NCBI GenBank assembly: GCA_045863235.1
Contig: BTUM01000103.1
Coordinates: 1 to 25,299, forward strand
Length of the DNA: 25,299 nt
Reading direction: 5' to 3'
Source: Candidatus Xenobia bacterium
GTDB lineage: Bacteria > Vulcanimicrobiota > Xenobia > Xenobiales > QWHO01
Position 1 is the first letter of the stretch. Each line of letters begins with the position of its first letter. The notes beneath the pieces were generated by a model, which saw only the letters and a list, made by a program, of their open reading frames with translations, searched no databases and was not told the DNA's origin. Below are positions 7,450-19,155 of this stretch, piece by piece. Both the position numbers and the translations under genes were made by a program.

Positions 7450-8094
7450 TTACATGCGCTTCTCGCCCAATGTCTTCTCGATCTTGCGTTTCACGCGCTG
7501 GAGCGCGTTGTCGATCGATTTGACGTGGCGGTTCAGCTCCTTGGCCATCTCCTGGTAGGACTTGCCTTCCAGGTAAGAGTGCAGCACCTGGGACTCGAGC
7601 TCGCTGAGGTTCTGCTGGATCTTCTCGCGCAGATCGTCGGACAGCTCGTGGCTGATGAACACCTCTTCGGGATCGGTCACCTTGGTGCCCGACAGAATGT
7701 CGAGCATGGTGCGGTCGGAGTCTTCGTCGTAGATCGGCTTGTTCAGCGAGATATACGAGTTCAGGGGGATGTGCTTCTGGCGGGTGGCCGTCTTGATGGC
7801 CGTGATGATCTGGCGGGTGATGCACAGCTCAGCGAAAGCACGGAACGAGGACAGCTTGTCGGCCCGATAGTCGCGAATCGACTTGTAAAGGCCGATCATC
7901 CCTTCCTGAATGATATCTTCCCGATCTGCCCCCACCAGGAAGTAGGACTTCGCTTTCACCCGAACGAAGTTCTTGTACTTACTGATGAGATATTCCGTGG
8001 CAAACTCGTCTCCATTTTTCGCGAGCTTGACGATCTCTTCGTCGGGCTCGTTCTGGAGGTTTGCCATGTACGTGCTTTGCTGGAGCTTCAACAA
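7450..8094 (-). CDS. sigH: RNA polymerase sigma factor SigH (Spo0H-type), ~214 aa
   Basis: KYKNFVRVKAKSYFLVGADREDIIQEGMIGLYKSIRDY, SFRAFAELCITRQIITAIKTATRQKHIPLNSYISL, KSIDNALQRVKRK are SigH signatures; GGAGG 8 nt before TTG 8094 (ATG 8067 alternative); canonical position after cysS-rlmB. Confidence 0.95.
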   Translation of the reverse strand: MLKLQQSTYMANLQNEPDEEIVKLAKNGDEFATEYLISKYKNFVRVKAKSYFLVGADREDIIQEGMIGLYKSIRDYRADKLSSFRAFAELCITRQIITAIKTATRQKHIPLNSYISLNKPIYDEDSDRTMLDILSGTKVTDPEEVFISHELSDDLREKIQQNLSELESQVLHSYLEGKSYQEMAKELNRHVKSIDNALQRVKRKIEKTLGEKRM

Positions 8095-8142
8095 ACCTTC
8101 GCCCTCCAATTGGCACTAGTCGCGGGGAAAAGTATAGGCCAC

Positions 8143-8171
8143 ATTATAGGCAGGTGCTACGACCTCGTCAA
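8143..8171 (-). promoter_or_regulatory. Near-consensus SigA promoter proximal to sigH
   Basis: TTGACG (8171-8166)-N17-TATAAT (8148-8143). Confidence 0.8.
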
Positions 8172-8316
8172 GGGAACACTTTCCCTCCCCTGTTCGAGCA
8201 CCCGCCTGTGACAACACTTCCCTTTCCGCGTCCGGATCGAGTTTGCCGACGCTCGACCCGGGCTTCTGCGCTGGAGGGGCCACCATGATTCGAGCCCCGG
8301 ACGCGATTGCCTGCTC

Positions 8317-8345
8317 ATCATAGCACACAGGTTAGGGAAAGTAAA
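8317..8345 (-). promoter_or_regulatory. Second (distal) SigA promoter upstream of sigH
   Basis: TTTACT (8345-8340)-N17-TATGAT (8322-8317) with extended -10 TG. Confidence 0.65.
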
Positions 8346-8428
8346 CATTCACTCCCGGCTTCCATGACCGGGCTCTACAAGCCAAATCCCATCGCTACGC
8401 CGTTCTGCCTCTTGCAGGAGTGTTGAAT

Positions 8429-9856
8429 TTAATTCAAGGATCGCTGGCGCACAACCTCATACAGGAACAGGGCTCCGCTGACGGACACGTTGAGCGACTC
8501 GACCTTTCCCAGCATGGGAAGCGAAAGCCGGTGCGTGCAGGCGGCGGCTACGGCGGGTCGCATCCCCTCGCCTTCGGCGCCCAGCACCAGCACGGTAGGT
8601 CCGGTCAGATTTGCCCGGTCGAAGAGCGAGGGGCCGCGGGGATCGGCTCCCACCACCTGATAGCCCGAGCGAGCACAATCTTGCAGGACGCGCTCGAGCT
8701 TTTCGCAGCGGGCCACCGGTAGAAACTGGTCGGCGCCGGCGGAGGCCCGCGAGACAGCCGCAGTGAGTCCGCACGAGCCGCGCGTGGAGAGCAGGATGCC
8801 CTGGCAACCGGCCGCCTCAGCGGTGCGGATCAGCGCGCCCAGGTTGTGGGGATCCTGGACTCCGTCCAGAGCCAGCAGCAGGGGCGGACGAGAGCTGCTC
8901 GCCAGAGATTCGAAAAGCTCTTGCAGACTTACGAACTCGCGCGTCGCGAGCTGGGCCACGACCCCCTGGTGATTGCCCCCGCGGGCCAGGCGCTCGAGCC
9001 GGGTTCGATCCGAGTGCACCACGGGGATCTCCAGGTCACGCGCCATGCGGAAGATCTCAGCCGCGCCCCCGACCGCATTGTCGAGCACGTAGAGCCGGTT
9101 GAAGGGACGCCCGGCCCGAAGTGCCTCCAGCACCGGACGGCGGCCGTAGATCAGCGCGTCGTTCTCGTCCTCACGCCAGCGGCGGTGCTCGTCCTGGCGA
9201 ACTTCCCGGCGCTCGAGATCGCGATGGCCCTCCTCGCCACGGGTCGAGCGACGACCACGACCCGCGCTCTCCCCCGACTCGGCTCCCTGGTGGCGATCTC
9301 GGGTCGGGCGTTCCTCACTCCGACCACGGCCGGCTTTCCCTCCCTGATCGGATCCCTCGCGGCCCTCTCGACGGATGTGCTCGTGCTGGTCTGCCCTCTG
9401 ACCGCGATCCGGGCGGCCTCCCTCGCGCCAACCTCCGCCCGAATCGCGACCCGCCCCCTCTCGGGGTGAGCGCTCGCTGCCGGCCCCGCCTCCCTCACGA
9501 CCACCGCTTGGACCCGAGCGCCTCTGGCCCGGAGTGCCGGAACCCTTACGGCCCGGGCGCTCGTCGCCCTGACCCGACCGCCGCTCCTGGCCCGGCGTGC
9601 CGGAACCCTTGCGGGCCGGGCGCTCCTCGCCCTGGCCCGACCGCCGCTCCTGACCCGGCTTGCCGGAACCCTTGCGGGCCGGGCGCTCGTCGCCCTGACC
9701 CGACCGCCGCTCCTGACCCGGCTTGCCGGACCCCTTGCGGGCCGGGCGCTCGTCGCCCTGACCCGACCGCCGCTCCTGACCCGGCTTGCCGGAACCGGGA
9801 CGATCCCCCACTCTGCGGCCACCGCCTGGGGTCGGACCGCGACGTGACGGGCTCAA
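8429..9856 (-). CDS. rlmB: 23S rRNA (guanosine-2251-2'-O)-methyltransferase RlmB with long low-complexity N-terminal extension, 475 aa
   Basis: IYGRRPVLEAL, HQGVVA, LDGVQDPHNLGALIRTA, VLGAEGEGM, SLNVSVS SPOUT motifs; TTG start overlaps the cysS stop (TTGA). Confidence 0.92.
   Translation of the reverse strand: MSPSRRGPTPGGGRRVGDRPGSGKPGQERRSGQGDERPARKGSGKPGQERRSGQGDERPARKGSGKPGQERRSGQGEERPARKGSGTPGQERRSGQGDERPGRKGSGTPGQRRSGPSGGREGGGAGSERSPREGAGRDSGGGWREGGRPDRGQRADQHEHIRREGREGSDQGGKAGRGRSEERPTRDRHQGAESGESAGRGRRSTRGEEGHRDLERREVRQDEHRRWREDENDALIYGRRPVLEALRAGRPFNRLYVLDNAVGGAAEIFRMARDLEIPVVHSDRTRLERLARGGNHQGVVAQLATREFVSLQELFESLASSSRPPLLLALDGVQDPHNLGALIRTAEAAGCQGILLSTRGSCGLTAAVSRASAGADQFLPVARCEKLERVLQDCARSGYQVVGADPRGPSLFDRANLTGPTVLVLGAEGEGMRPAVAAACTHRLSLPMLGKVESLNVSVSGALFLYEVVRQRSLN
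9512..9796 (-). repeat. Coding tandem repeat, 63 nt / 21 aa (SGKPGQERRSGQGDERPARKG), about 4.5 copies, within the rlmB N-terminus
   Basis: 63-nt periodicity visible directly (e.g. aaccctt at 9541, 9604, 9667). Confidence 0.95.
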
Positions 9857-11271
9857 ATCCGGGCGCCTTTCTTCCAGCGCAATCCCTGGGGAGTATCCTC
9901 CAAGACGATCCCGTGAACCTCGAGCAGCTCGTTGCGCTTGGCATCGGCCAGCGCGAAATCGCGCGCCTTGCGGGCTGCCTGGCGCTCGTCCACCAGCTTC
10001 TGCTGCTCGGCAGTCAGCTCGTCATCCTGGGCAAAGCGATCCAGGTGCAGTCCCAGCACGGTATCCATCTTGCGCAGCAGATCCAGGGCCAGGCCCGCTC
10101 CCAGGCTGCCCACGTCGCCCTTGTCGATGGCCTGGTTGCCCTCGCGCACCAGGTGGAACACGGCCGCCAGCGCCTCGGGAGTATTCAGATCGTCGGCCAG
10201 CGCCTTCTCGAATCGCTCGCGGGCCTCTCCCACCGCCGCCATCTCGTTGCGCTGAGCGCCCTGCTGGTCCTTCAGGCGGCGGATGAAGTTGGCGATGCTG
10301 TCGAGGCTGGAACGAGCCGCCTCCAGAGCTTTGAACGTAAAGTTCAAAGAGGACTTGTAGTGAGCCGAGAGCAGCAGGTAGCGGATGGCCATCGGCTCGT
10401 GCCCCTGCTCGGTGAGGTCGCGCAGCGTGAAGAAGTTGCCGGCCGACTTGGACATCTTGCAAGCTTCAACCTGAAGGTGCGCCGAGTGTAGCCAGTAGTT
10501 CACGAAGGTCTTGCCTGTGAAGGCCTCCGACTGGGCGATCTCGTTCTGGTGGTGGGGAAAGATGTTGTCCACCCCGCCGGTGTGCATGTCAAAGTGCTCG
10601 CCGAGCAGCATGATGGCCATGGCCGAGCACTCGATGTGCCAGCCGGGGCGGCCCTTACCCAGGTCCGGGTACTGATCCCAGTAGACCTCCCCGTCCTCGG
10701 CATCGTAAGCCTTCCAGAGCGCGAAGTCGCAGGCGCTCTCCTTCTCGTACTCGTCCTGGCTGACGCGCGCCCCGCACTTGAGCTCGCCCACCTCGATGTG
10801 AGCCAGCTTGCCGTAGCTCGGAAAACGGGCGATGTTGTAGTAGATGGACCCGTCCTCGGAGCGGTAGGCCACTCCGTCGGCCAGCAGTTTACGAATGATT
10901 TCGGCCATCTTGTCCACCGACTCGGTGGCCCGGGGATAATGCTCGGCCCGCTCGACGTTGAGCGTGTCCAGGTCTTCGAAGAAAGCTTTGATGTAGCGCT
11001 CGGTAAGCTCGCGGAAGGGGATCTTCTCCTCCCGGCTGCGGCGGATGATCTTGTCCTCGACGTCGGTCAGGTTCATCACCTGGGTGACCTCGTAACCGAA
11101 GTACTTGAGCGTGCGGCGCAGCACGTCCTCGAAGACGTAGGTGCGGAAATTGCCGATGTGGGCGAAATTGTAGACCGTGGGCCCGCAGGTATAGAGCTTG
11201 ACCTTGCCCGGCTCGATGGGCCGGAACTCTTCCAGGGCACGGGTCAGAGTATTGAAGAAGCGCAGAGCCAT
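9853..11271 (-). CDS. cysS: Cysteine--tRNA ligase, 472 aa
   Basis: CGPTVY, HIGN, DFALWK, GRPGWHIECSAM, FPHHQNE, KMSKS motifs. Confidence 0.98.
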   Translation of the reverse strand: MALRFFNTLTRALEEFRPIEPGKVKLYTCGPTVYNFAHIGNFRTYVFEDVLRRTLKYFGYEVTQVMNLTDVEDKIIRRSREEKIPFRELTERYIKAFFEDLDTLNVERAEHYPRATESVDKMAEIIRKLLADGVAYRSEDGSIYYNIARFPSYGKLAHIEVGELKCGARVSQDEYEKESACDFALWKAYDAEDGEVYWDQYPDLGKGRPGWHIECSAMAIMLLGEHFDMHTGGVDNIFPHHQNEIAQSEAFTGKTFVNYWLHSAHLQVEACKMSKSAGNFFTLRDLTEQGHEPMAIRYLLLSAHYKSSLNFTFKALEAARSSLDSIANFIRRLKDQQGAQRNEMAAVGEARERFEKALADDLNTPEALAAVFHLVREGNQAIDKGDVGSLGAGLALDLLRKMDTVLGLHLDRFAQDDELTAEQQKLVDERQAARKARDFALADAKRNELLEVHGIVLEDTPQGLRWKKGARI

Positions 11272-11356
11272 CGAGGACGGTTATTCGTCTGCCGGGGTTT
11301 CCCCTCCCGCGAGCCTCGTCGGAAGCGCCCTGGCGAACGCCGCCATGGGCCGCAGT

Positions 11357-12745
11357 TCAAGCCGCCAGAGGCTGCTCTTTCCTGGCCAGGGCCAGCTCCA
11401 CCGCTTTCTCGGCGTTGAGTAGCCCCGCGCCCTGAGTGTTGGCATCGTCTTGCAGGTTGCGGTCAGCCGAAGCGATCAGGATCTCCTTGATGTCCTTGTG
11501 GGTCAGGTTGGGGTTGGCCTGCAGCATCAGGGCCGCCAGGCCACTGGCCATGGGGGTGGCCTGGGAGGTGCCCGACATGGCCAGGTAGTCCTTGCCCTCG
11601 TGGGGCAGGTCGGGCACGTCGAGCTTGGAGTTGGGCGAAAGCGGACCGAAGACGCGCACGCCAGGAGCGAGCACGTCAGGCTTGCTCAGCCGGTCGACGG
11701 CGGTGGGACCGCGGCTGGAGAAGCTGGCGACGGTATCGTCGGCGCGGTTGTTGGGTGTGCCCTTGTCGTCGTAGGCACCCACCGTGATCGCCTCGGGGTT
11801 GGTGCCGGGGGTGGAGATGGTGCTGGGCTGGGGGCCTTCGTTACCGGCCGCCACAACCACCACCAGCCCGGCCTCGATGGCCTTCTGGGTGGCCTGGGCC
11901 CAGGGGTCGTCCTTATAGCTCTTGGTGGCGTAGTCGCCCAGCGACATGTTGACCACCTTGATGTTGTATTTCTCCTTGTTCTCGATCACCCACTGCAGAG
12001 CGCGGATGGCCTCCACCACGGTGGTGATGCGCACGCCCACCAGGTCGGCCTCGGGAGCGATCCCCTTGTACTTGCCAGCCGATTTGGCTCCGCTGCCGGC
12101 GGCCAGGCCGGCCACGTGGGTGCCGTGACCGAAGGGGTCGATCATGTTCTTCTTCTTCTCGGTGGACAGGTCCACCCAACCTTTGACGCGGTCCTTGAGG
12201 TCGGCGTGGGGATAGATACCCGAGTCGATGATGGCGATGGTCTGACCCTTGCCGGTGAAGCCCTTCTCCCATACCTTCTCGATGCCGGGCAGAGTGGGCG
12301 AGTACTGGCCGCGGGTGTTCTCCTCGGGGCCGATCATGGGCAGCACTTTGAGGGGGTTATCGTAGTGGATGCGGGCGTTGATGGCCACGCGGGCGTCGGC
12401 CGGCAGCTGGTCGCGCAGGGTGTGGAGCTGGTCGGGGGCCACTTCGAAGATGGAGCCGTTGACCAGGGGAACCTCGCCCGTCTTCTTGAGGCCCAGGCAA
12501 TCCACGCACATGGCCGTGAGCTCTTTCTCCCGGCCTTTGGGCATGGAGATGATGACCGGGACACGGTTGTCCACGGTCATGTCCTCGGGCTCGTAGAAGA
12601 GGTCCTCGGGCATGCTGTCGCCCCACGAGCCGACGCGCGGCTCCCCCTCCCAGTTGGCCCAGGACGGGGGCACGGAAGTCAGGCACGAACGCCGAACCGG
12701 TGACTGTTTCGCTTGGTCGGGAACCCGATCCGGACGAACCTGCAA
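11357..12745 (-). CDS. S8 subtilisin-family serine protease, AprX-like (no signal peptide seen), ~462 aa
   Basis: Catalytic triad IAIIDSG, GHGTHVAG, GTSQATP; oxyanion AAGNEG; SFSSRGPT, KPDVLAPG; GGAGG 5 nt before TTG 12745 (ATG 12613 alternative). Confidence 0.9.
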   Translation of the reverse strand: MQVRPDRVPDQAKQSPVRRSCLTSVPPSWANWEGEPRVGSWGDSMPEDLFYEPEDMTVDNRVPVIISMPKGREKELTAMCVDCLGLKKTGEVPLVNGSIFEVAPDQLHTLRDQLPADARVAINARIHYDNPLKVLPMIGPEENTRGQYSPTLPGIEKVWEKGFTGKGQTIAIIDSGIYPHADLKDRVKGWVDLSTEKKKNMIDPFGHGTHVAGLAAGSGAKSAGKYKGIAPEADLVGVRITTVVEAIRALQWVIENKEKYNIKVVNMSLGDYATKSYKDDPWAQATQKAIEAGLVVVVAAGNEGPQPSTISTPGTNPEAITVGAYDDKGTPNNRADDTVASFSSRGPTAVDRLSKPDVLAPGVRVFGPLSPNSKLDVPDLPHEGKDYLAMSGTSQATPMASGLAALMLQANPNLTHKDIKEILIASADRNLQDDANTQGAGLLNAEKAVELALARKEQPLAA

Positions 12746-12917
12746 GAGCACCTCCAGAAAGTAGCCTCTCCCCCAGAGTGGCTCGCTTATGTTAGCCCTT
12801 CCGGGCGGCTCGGAATGTGACGATTCTGTTAACAAACGGGGGAGGAATCAGAGGGGGAAACAGGAACGCTTCCCGCCTTGAACTTCGTTGCATGGCGACG
12901 GAGGAGGAGGACGGGAC

Positions 12918-13520
12918 ATGCTCATCTTGAGCTGCGATCATATGAAGGGAAAGTACATCCGGCGCGCCGTGGAAGTGCTGCGTGGCGGAGGCGTGATCGT
13001 TTATCCCACCGACACCGTCTACGGAATGGGCTGCGACCTCCTCAACAAGCGGGCTATCGACAAGATCTACCAGATCAAGCGCATGCCACGCAGAAAGCCC
13101 CTCTCGTTCATCTGCTCCGACCTGTCTCAGATCAGCGAATATGCCCAGCTCTCCAACGCCGCCTACAAGATGATGCGACGCCTTTTGCCGGGGCCCTATA
13201 CCTTCATCTTGCAGGCCACCCGCCTGGTGCCCAAGGTCATGATGAGCAACCAGCGCACGGTGGGCATCCGCGTACCCGACAACGAGATCTGCCTCGAGCT
13301 GGTGCGCGAGTTGGGTCATCCGCTGGTGAACACCTCGGCCTCCGACTCGGTGGAGGAGGTCGTCAGCGACCCGGAGTCGATCCAGGAGCAGTTCCCCCAG
13401 CTTGACTTGATGCTCGAGGCGGGCTTGCTCGAGAGCGAGGCCTCCACCATCATCGACTTCACCGGGGATGCGCCCAGCCTGATCCGACAAGGCAAGGGCG
13501 ACGTTTCGGGCTACCTCTGA
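12918..13520 (+). CDS. Sua5/YciO/YrdC family (threonylcarbamoyl-AMP synthase-like), YciO-type, 200 aa
   Basis: GGVIVYPTDTVYGMGC, KRMPRRKPLS, LLPGPYTFIL, TVGIRVP; NTSAS rather than STSAN suggests the YciO subfamily; strong SD GAGGAGG. Confidence 0.9.
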   Translation: MLILSCDHMKGKYIRRAVEVLRGGGVIVYPTDTVYGMGCDLLNKRAIDKIYQIKRMPRRKPLSFICSDLSQISEYAQLSNAAYKMMRRLLPGPYTFILQATRLVPKVMMSNQRTVGIRVPDNEICLELVRELGHPLVNTSASDSVEEVVSDPESIQEQFPQLDLMLEAGLLESEASTIIDFTGDAPSLIRQGKGDVSGYL

Positions 13521-13717
13521 CAGCTCGCAAATCGACTCGGCGTGCTCCGATGCCCGCCAGCCTGGATCCGTCGGCGCCCGGCGGGATTTGAACGGGCCCG
13601 TGACAACCTCTGCGCGCCACGATCAAAAGCCGAGGCGCCGCACGTTGGACGCCTCAGGCATTGGCGCGGCCCCGTTCAACACAGGTCAGCGCGCGGGAGT
13701 GTAGAAATTTTCCGGTC

Positions 13718-14362
13718 ATGACGGTCGATGAAGCTCTCACCACCACCCGGTCCGTCAGAAAACGGCTCGATCTCAGCCGTCCGGTGCCGCGCGAGCTGGT
13801 CGAGGAATGCCTGGAAATCGCGGTGCAGGCTCCCACCGCTTCCAATCGTCAGCCCTGGACCTTTATCGTGTTGACTGAGCCTGAGCCCCGACAAGCCGTG
13901 GCTCAAGCCTACCGAAAGGGCTTTCAGTACTACGCGACCGAGGTCATTCCGCGTTTGAAGCCATTCCCGGAGAATGATCCGAGAGCCTTGCAGGCCCATC
14001 GCATCACCGAATCGGCCGTCTACCTGGCCGAAAGGATGCACCAGGTTCCGGTGCTCGTGCTGTTTTGTATCGAGGGCGAGTTGGACCGAGCACCCCTGGC
14101 CGAGGCAGCTGCCGACTGGGGCACGATCGCTCCGGCCGCCTGGTCATTCATGGTGGCTCTGCACGCGCGGGGCCTGGGCTCGACCTGGACGACCGTCCAT
14201 CTGGTATACGCCGATGAGGTCGCCAGGGCGCTCGCGATTCCCGACCACATCAGCCAGGCGGCGCTGATTCCGGTGGCCTACGCGAAAGGTGGGGACTTTC
14301 GGCGGGCCGGACGCATCCCCGCGCGGCAGTTGACCTTCTGGAACCGTTGGGGCGGATCGTGA
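13718..14362 (+). CDS. Nitroreductase family protein, 214 aa
   Basis: TTRSVRKRL, QAPTASNRQPWTF, ARGLGSTWTT, LIPVAY FMN-binding signatures. Confidence 0.92.
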   Translation: MTVDEALTTTRSVRKRLDLSRPVPRELVEECLEIAVQAPTASNRQPWTFIVLTEPEPRQAVAQAYRKGFQYYATEVIPRLKPFPENDPRALQAHRITESAVYLAERMHQVPVLVLFCIEGELDRAPLAEAAADWGTIAPAAWSFMVALHARGLGSTWTTVHLVYADEVARALAIPDHISQAALIPVAYAKGGDFRRAGRIPARQLTFWNRWGGS

Positions 14363-14443
14363 ACGAAGTTCCCGCCATGACCGGGTTCAGCAGACGGTTC
14401 ATCGTCGTGACAAGAGCCTGCAGTCTCTTTGCTCAGGGCCGTT

Positions 14444-14457
14444 CGAACAGGCGTTCC
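14444..14457. promoter_or_regulatory. LexA (SOS) box upstream of uvrA
   Basis: CGAAC-AGGC-GTTCC about 50 nt before the uvrA ATG; matches GAAC-N4-GTTC. Confidence 0.8.
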
Positions 14458-14506
14458 AGCAGGAGCCGCGCCTCCCGAGTGTAAAGCAATCCAGCCCTGA
14501 AGCGCC

Positions 14507-17383
<2,877 letters not shown>

Positions 17384-17384
17384 A

Positions 17385-17410
17385 AGGGCTCGGGAAGAGT
17401 CACGGGGAAT
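17385..17410 (+). promoter_or_regulatory. SigH-like promoter candidate AGGG-N18-GAAT
   Basis: One mismatch from the B. subtilis sigma-H core AGGA-N17/18-GAAT; GAAT ends 9 nt before ATG 17420. Confidence 0.45.
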
Positions 17411-17419
17411 CTTCCGGGC

Positions 17420-18076
17420 ATGGATGCCGGCAATCTGGGACAGGTTCGTTCTCAAGAATTCGTGCGCGGAATCCGCGCCGACAACGGCAAGGAGATCGCC
17501 CGGACCCTGGCCAGCGACTCGGTGGATACGACCCGAGCCTGGACCGGGACCGAGGCCGTGGAGTCGCTCAAGTATGACCTTCGCAGACTGGGCCACGCCG
17601 TCCAGAAAGAGGTCGCTCAGCGTTTTGGGACCGCTCGTCCGATCAGTGAGGAGCAGACCGCTCTGGCTGCGGGAGCGATTCTGACCACTCCTCTGTCGGG
17701 AGTGATTGTTTACGGCCTGATGAGCGGTCTCAAGGATGCCCCGCCGACGCAACTCGCCGCCCAAGTGGTGGATTTCATCCAGGACGCCCCTCCCGCGTTC
17801 CAGGAATTGTCGCGCTCGATTCAGGGCTCCGTAACGGGAAAAGTACAGACCGGGTACGTCCCGGTCGCCATGTTCCTGGCCGGGGCCGAGCTGGAGAACG
17901 AGCAACGTCGGCTGGATGAGCCCGATCGTTTGAGCAGCTCGGGGTTTCTTCAGCTCCAGCTGATGAAGGCCAATGGTCGGTTCGAGCCGGGCCTGGCGCA
18001 GCAGATGGCCCAGCAGCAACAGCTCCCCGAGCCGCCCGGCTGGAAAGCCCAGCAGCACGAGTTCAGGGGAAGCTGA
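17420..18076 (+). CDS. Hypothetical protein with one hydrophobic segment, 218 aa
   Basis: Fills the gap after uvrA; ALAAGAILTTPLSGVIVYGLM hydrophobic stretch. Confidence 0.65.
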   Translation: MDAGNLGQVRSQEFVRGIRADNGKEIARTLASDSVDTTRAWTGTEAVESLKYDLRRLGHAVQKEVAQRFGTARPISEEQTALAAGAILTTPLSGVIVYGLMSGLKDAPPTQLAAQVVDFIQDAPPAFQELSRSIQGSVTGKVQTGYVPVAMFLAGAELENEQRRLDEPDRLSSSGFLQLQLMKANGRFEPGLAQQMAQQQQLPEPPGWKAQQHEFRGS

Positions 18077-18196
18077 GCCGCCTGCCAGGTCCGGGGCTTG
18101 AGCCAGCGGCTAGGATCCGTGGTCGACCCGGGCTGTTGGCTGACCCCGCACGGGCAAACCGGCCGCACTCAGCAACCGAGCGGGCGCTGGAGCGCC

Positions 18197-18799
18197 TCAG
18201 GCCGGACCGGTCTGGCTCATGCCAGGCGGCCCGATGTTGCGGTTCTCCGCGGGAGGCTCCCAGGGGCCGTCCACATGCTGGTATTCCAGGCCGTCCGGCC
18301 CGTAGCTATAGACGTCCGTGCTGAGGGTTTCGCCGGAGGCGTCGCGATGCTCCACCGTGACGAAGCCCCGGTCATCAGCGAAGGTGACGGTCGAAGTCCC
18401 GTCGGGGGCTGTTTCGGTCAGACGGGTGCTCTGAGGGCCCACTTCAGCTACGCGGCTGCTTCCGTCCGGGCTCTTGACGGTGTGGCGCAGAAGGCTGCCC
18501 TGCTCGACCGTGGACACATCCCCGTTGGGCCTTCGGGTCTCGCCCGGGCCGTTGAAGCGGGCTTCGTCCTGGGCATTCTGGCGGGCCATGGCCAGTTTCA
18601 TGCTGGCCCACAGGGCTTCGCCCTGCGGGTTCTCACCTGCCTGAGGCCCGGAGTGTAGCAGCTCGGCGGCTGCTCGGGCCTGGCTGGCCCGGGGATCCGG
18701 GCTGGCATGGCTTTCCCGGATCTGGGCCGATGCCACGGGGGCTCGAAGAGGCACGGGCGAGCTGAGCGGTGCGCGGGGGAGCGTGATCGTGTTGGCCAT
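18197..18799 (-). CDS. Hypothetical protein with (P/A)DG-type beta-hairpin repeats, 200 aa
   Basis: GGAGG 5 nt before ATG 18799; repeated turns PNG/PDG/PDG/ASG/PDG between beta strands. Confidence 0.7.
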   Translation of the reverse strand: MANTITLPRAPLSSPVPLRAPVASAQIRESHASPDPRASQARAAAELLHSGPQAGENPQGEALWASMKLAMARQNAQDEARFNGPGETRRPNGDVSTVEQGSLLRHTVKSPDGSSRVAEVGPQSTRLTETAPDGTSTVTFADDRGFVTVEHRDASGETLSTDVYSYGPDGLEYQHVDGPWEPPAENRNIGPPGMSQTGPA

Positions 18800-18816
18800 G
18801 ATTTCCTCCATCCTTC

Positions 18817-19155
18817 CTATGCGGCCCAGAGGTCGCTCAGGACCTGGGAATCGGTCACCTCGGAGAGCTCATCCTCGGCCTGGTAAGCCAGCGCCAGGCA
18901 CATTTCCAGCTTGCTCGGAGAAGGCGAACTCTGAAAATCGGACAGATGCTGCAGGCTCAGATGGAATAACTCGATGCAGTTGAGCACTTTGACCCCGCCG
19001 TCGTGGCCTTCGAGGGAGCCAAACTCTTCGTAACGGTCCTCCAGCCACTCCATCAGTTGACCGATGACCTGGTTGAGCATCTGGGGGGCGAAGCTGGCTT
19101 CGCGGGAAATTTGCACCAGGCTCAGCAGGGTGTTGAGAATCGTGCTCTGATCCAT
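18817..19155 (-). CDS. Hypothetical acidic helical protein, 112 aa
   Basis: GAGGAGG SD before ATG 19155; co-oriented with and 17 nt from the next gene. Confidence 0.75.
   Translation of the reverse strand: MDQSTILNTLLSLVQISREASFAPQMLNQVIGQLMEWLEDRYEEFGSLEGHDGGVKVLNCIELFHLSLQHLSDFQSSPSPSKLEMCLALAYQAEDELSEVTDSQVLSDLWAA

Noticed and set aside
14361..14371. GAAC-N3-GTTC sites (also 6856-6866 and 23694-23704) as LexA boxes
   Set aside because: The spacer is 3 bp; this LexA type needs 4 bp
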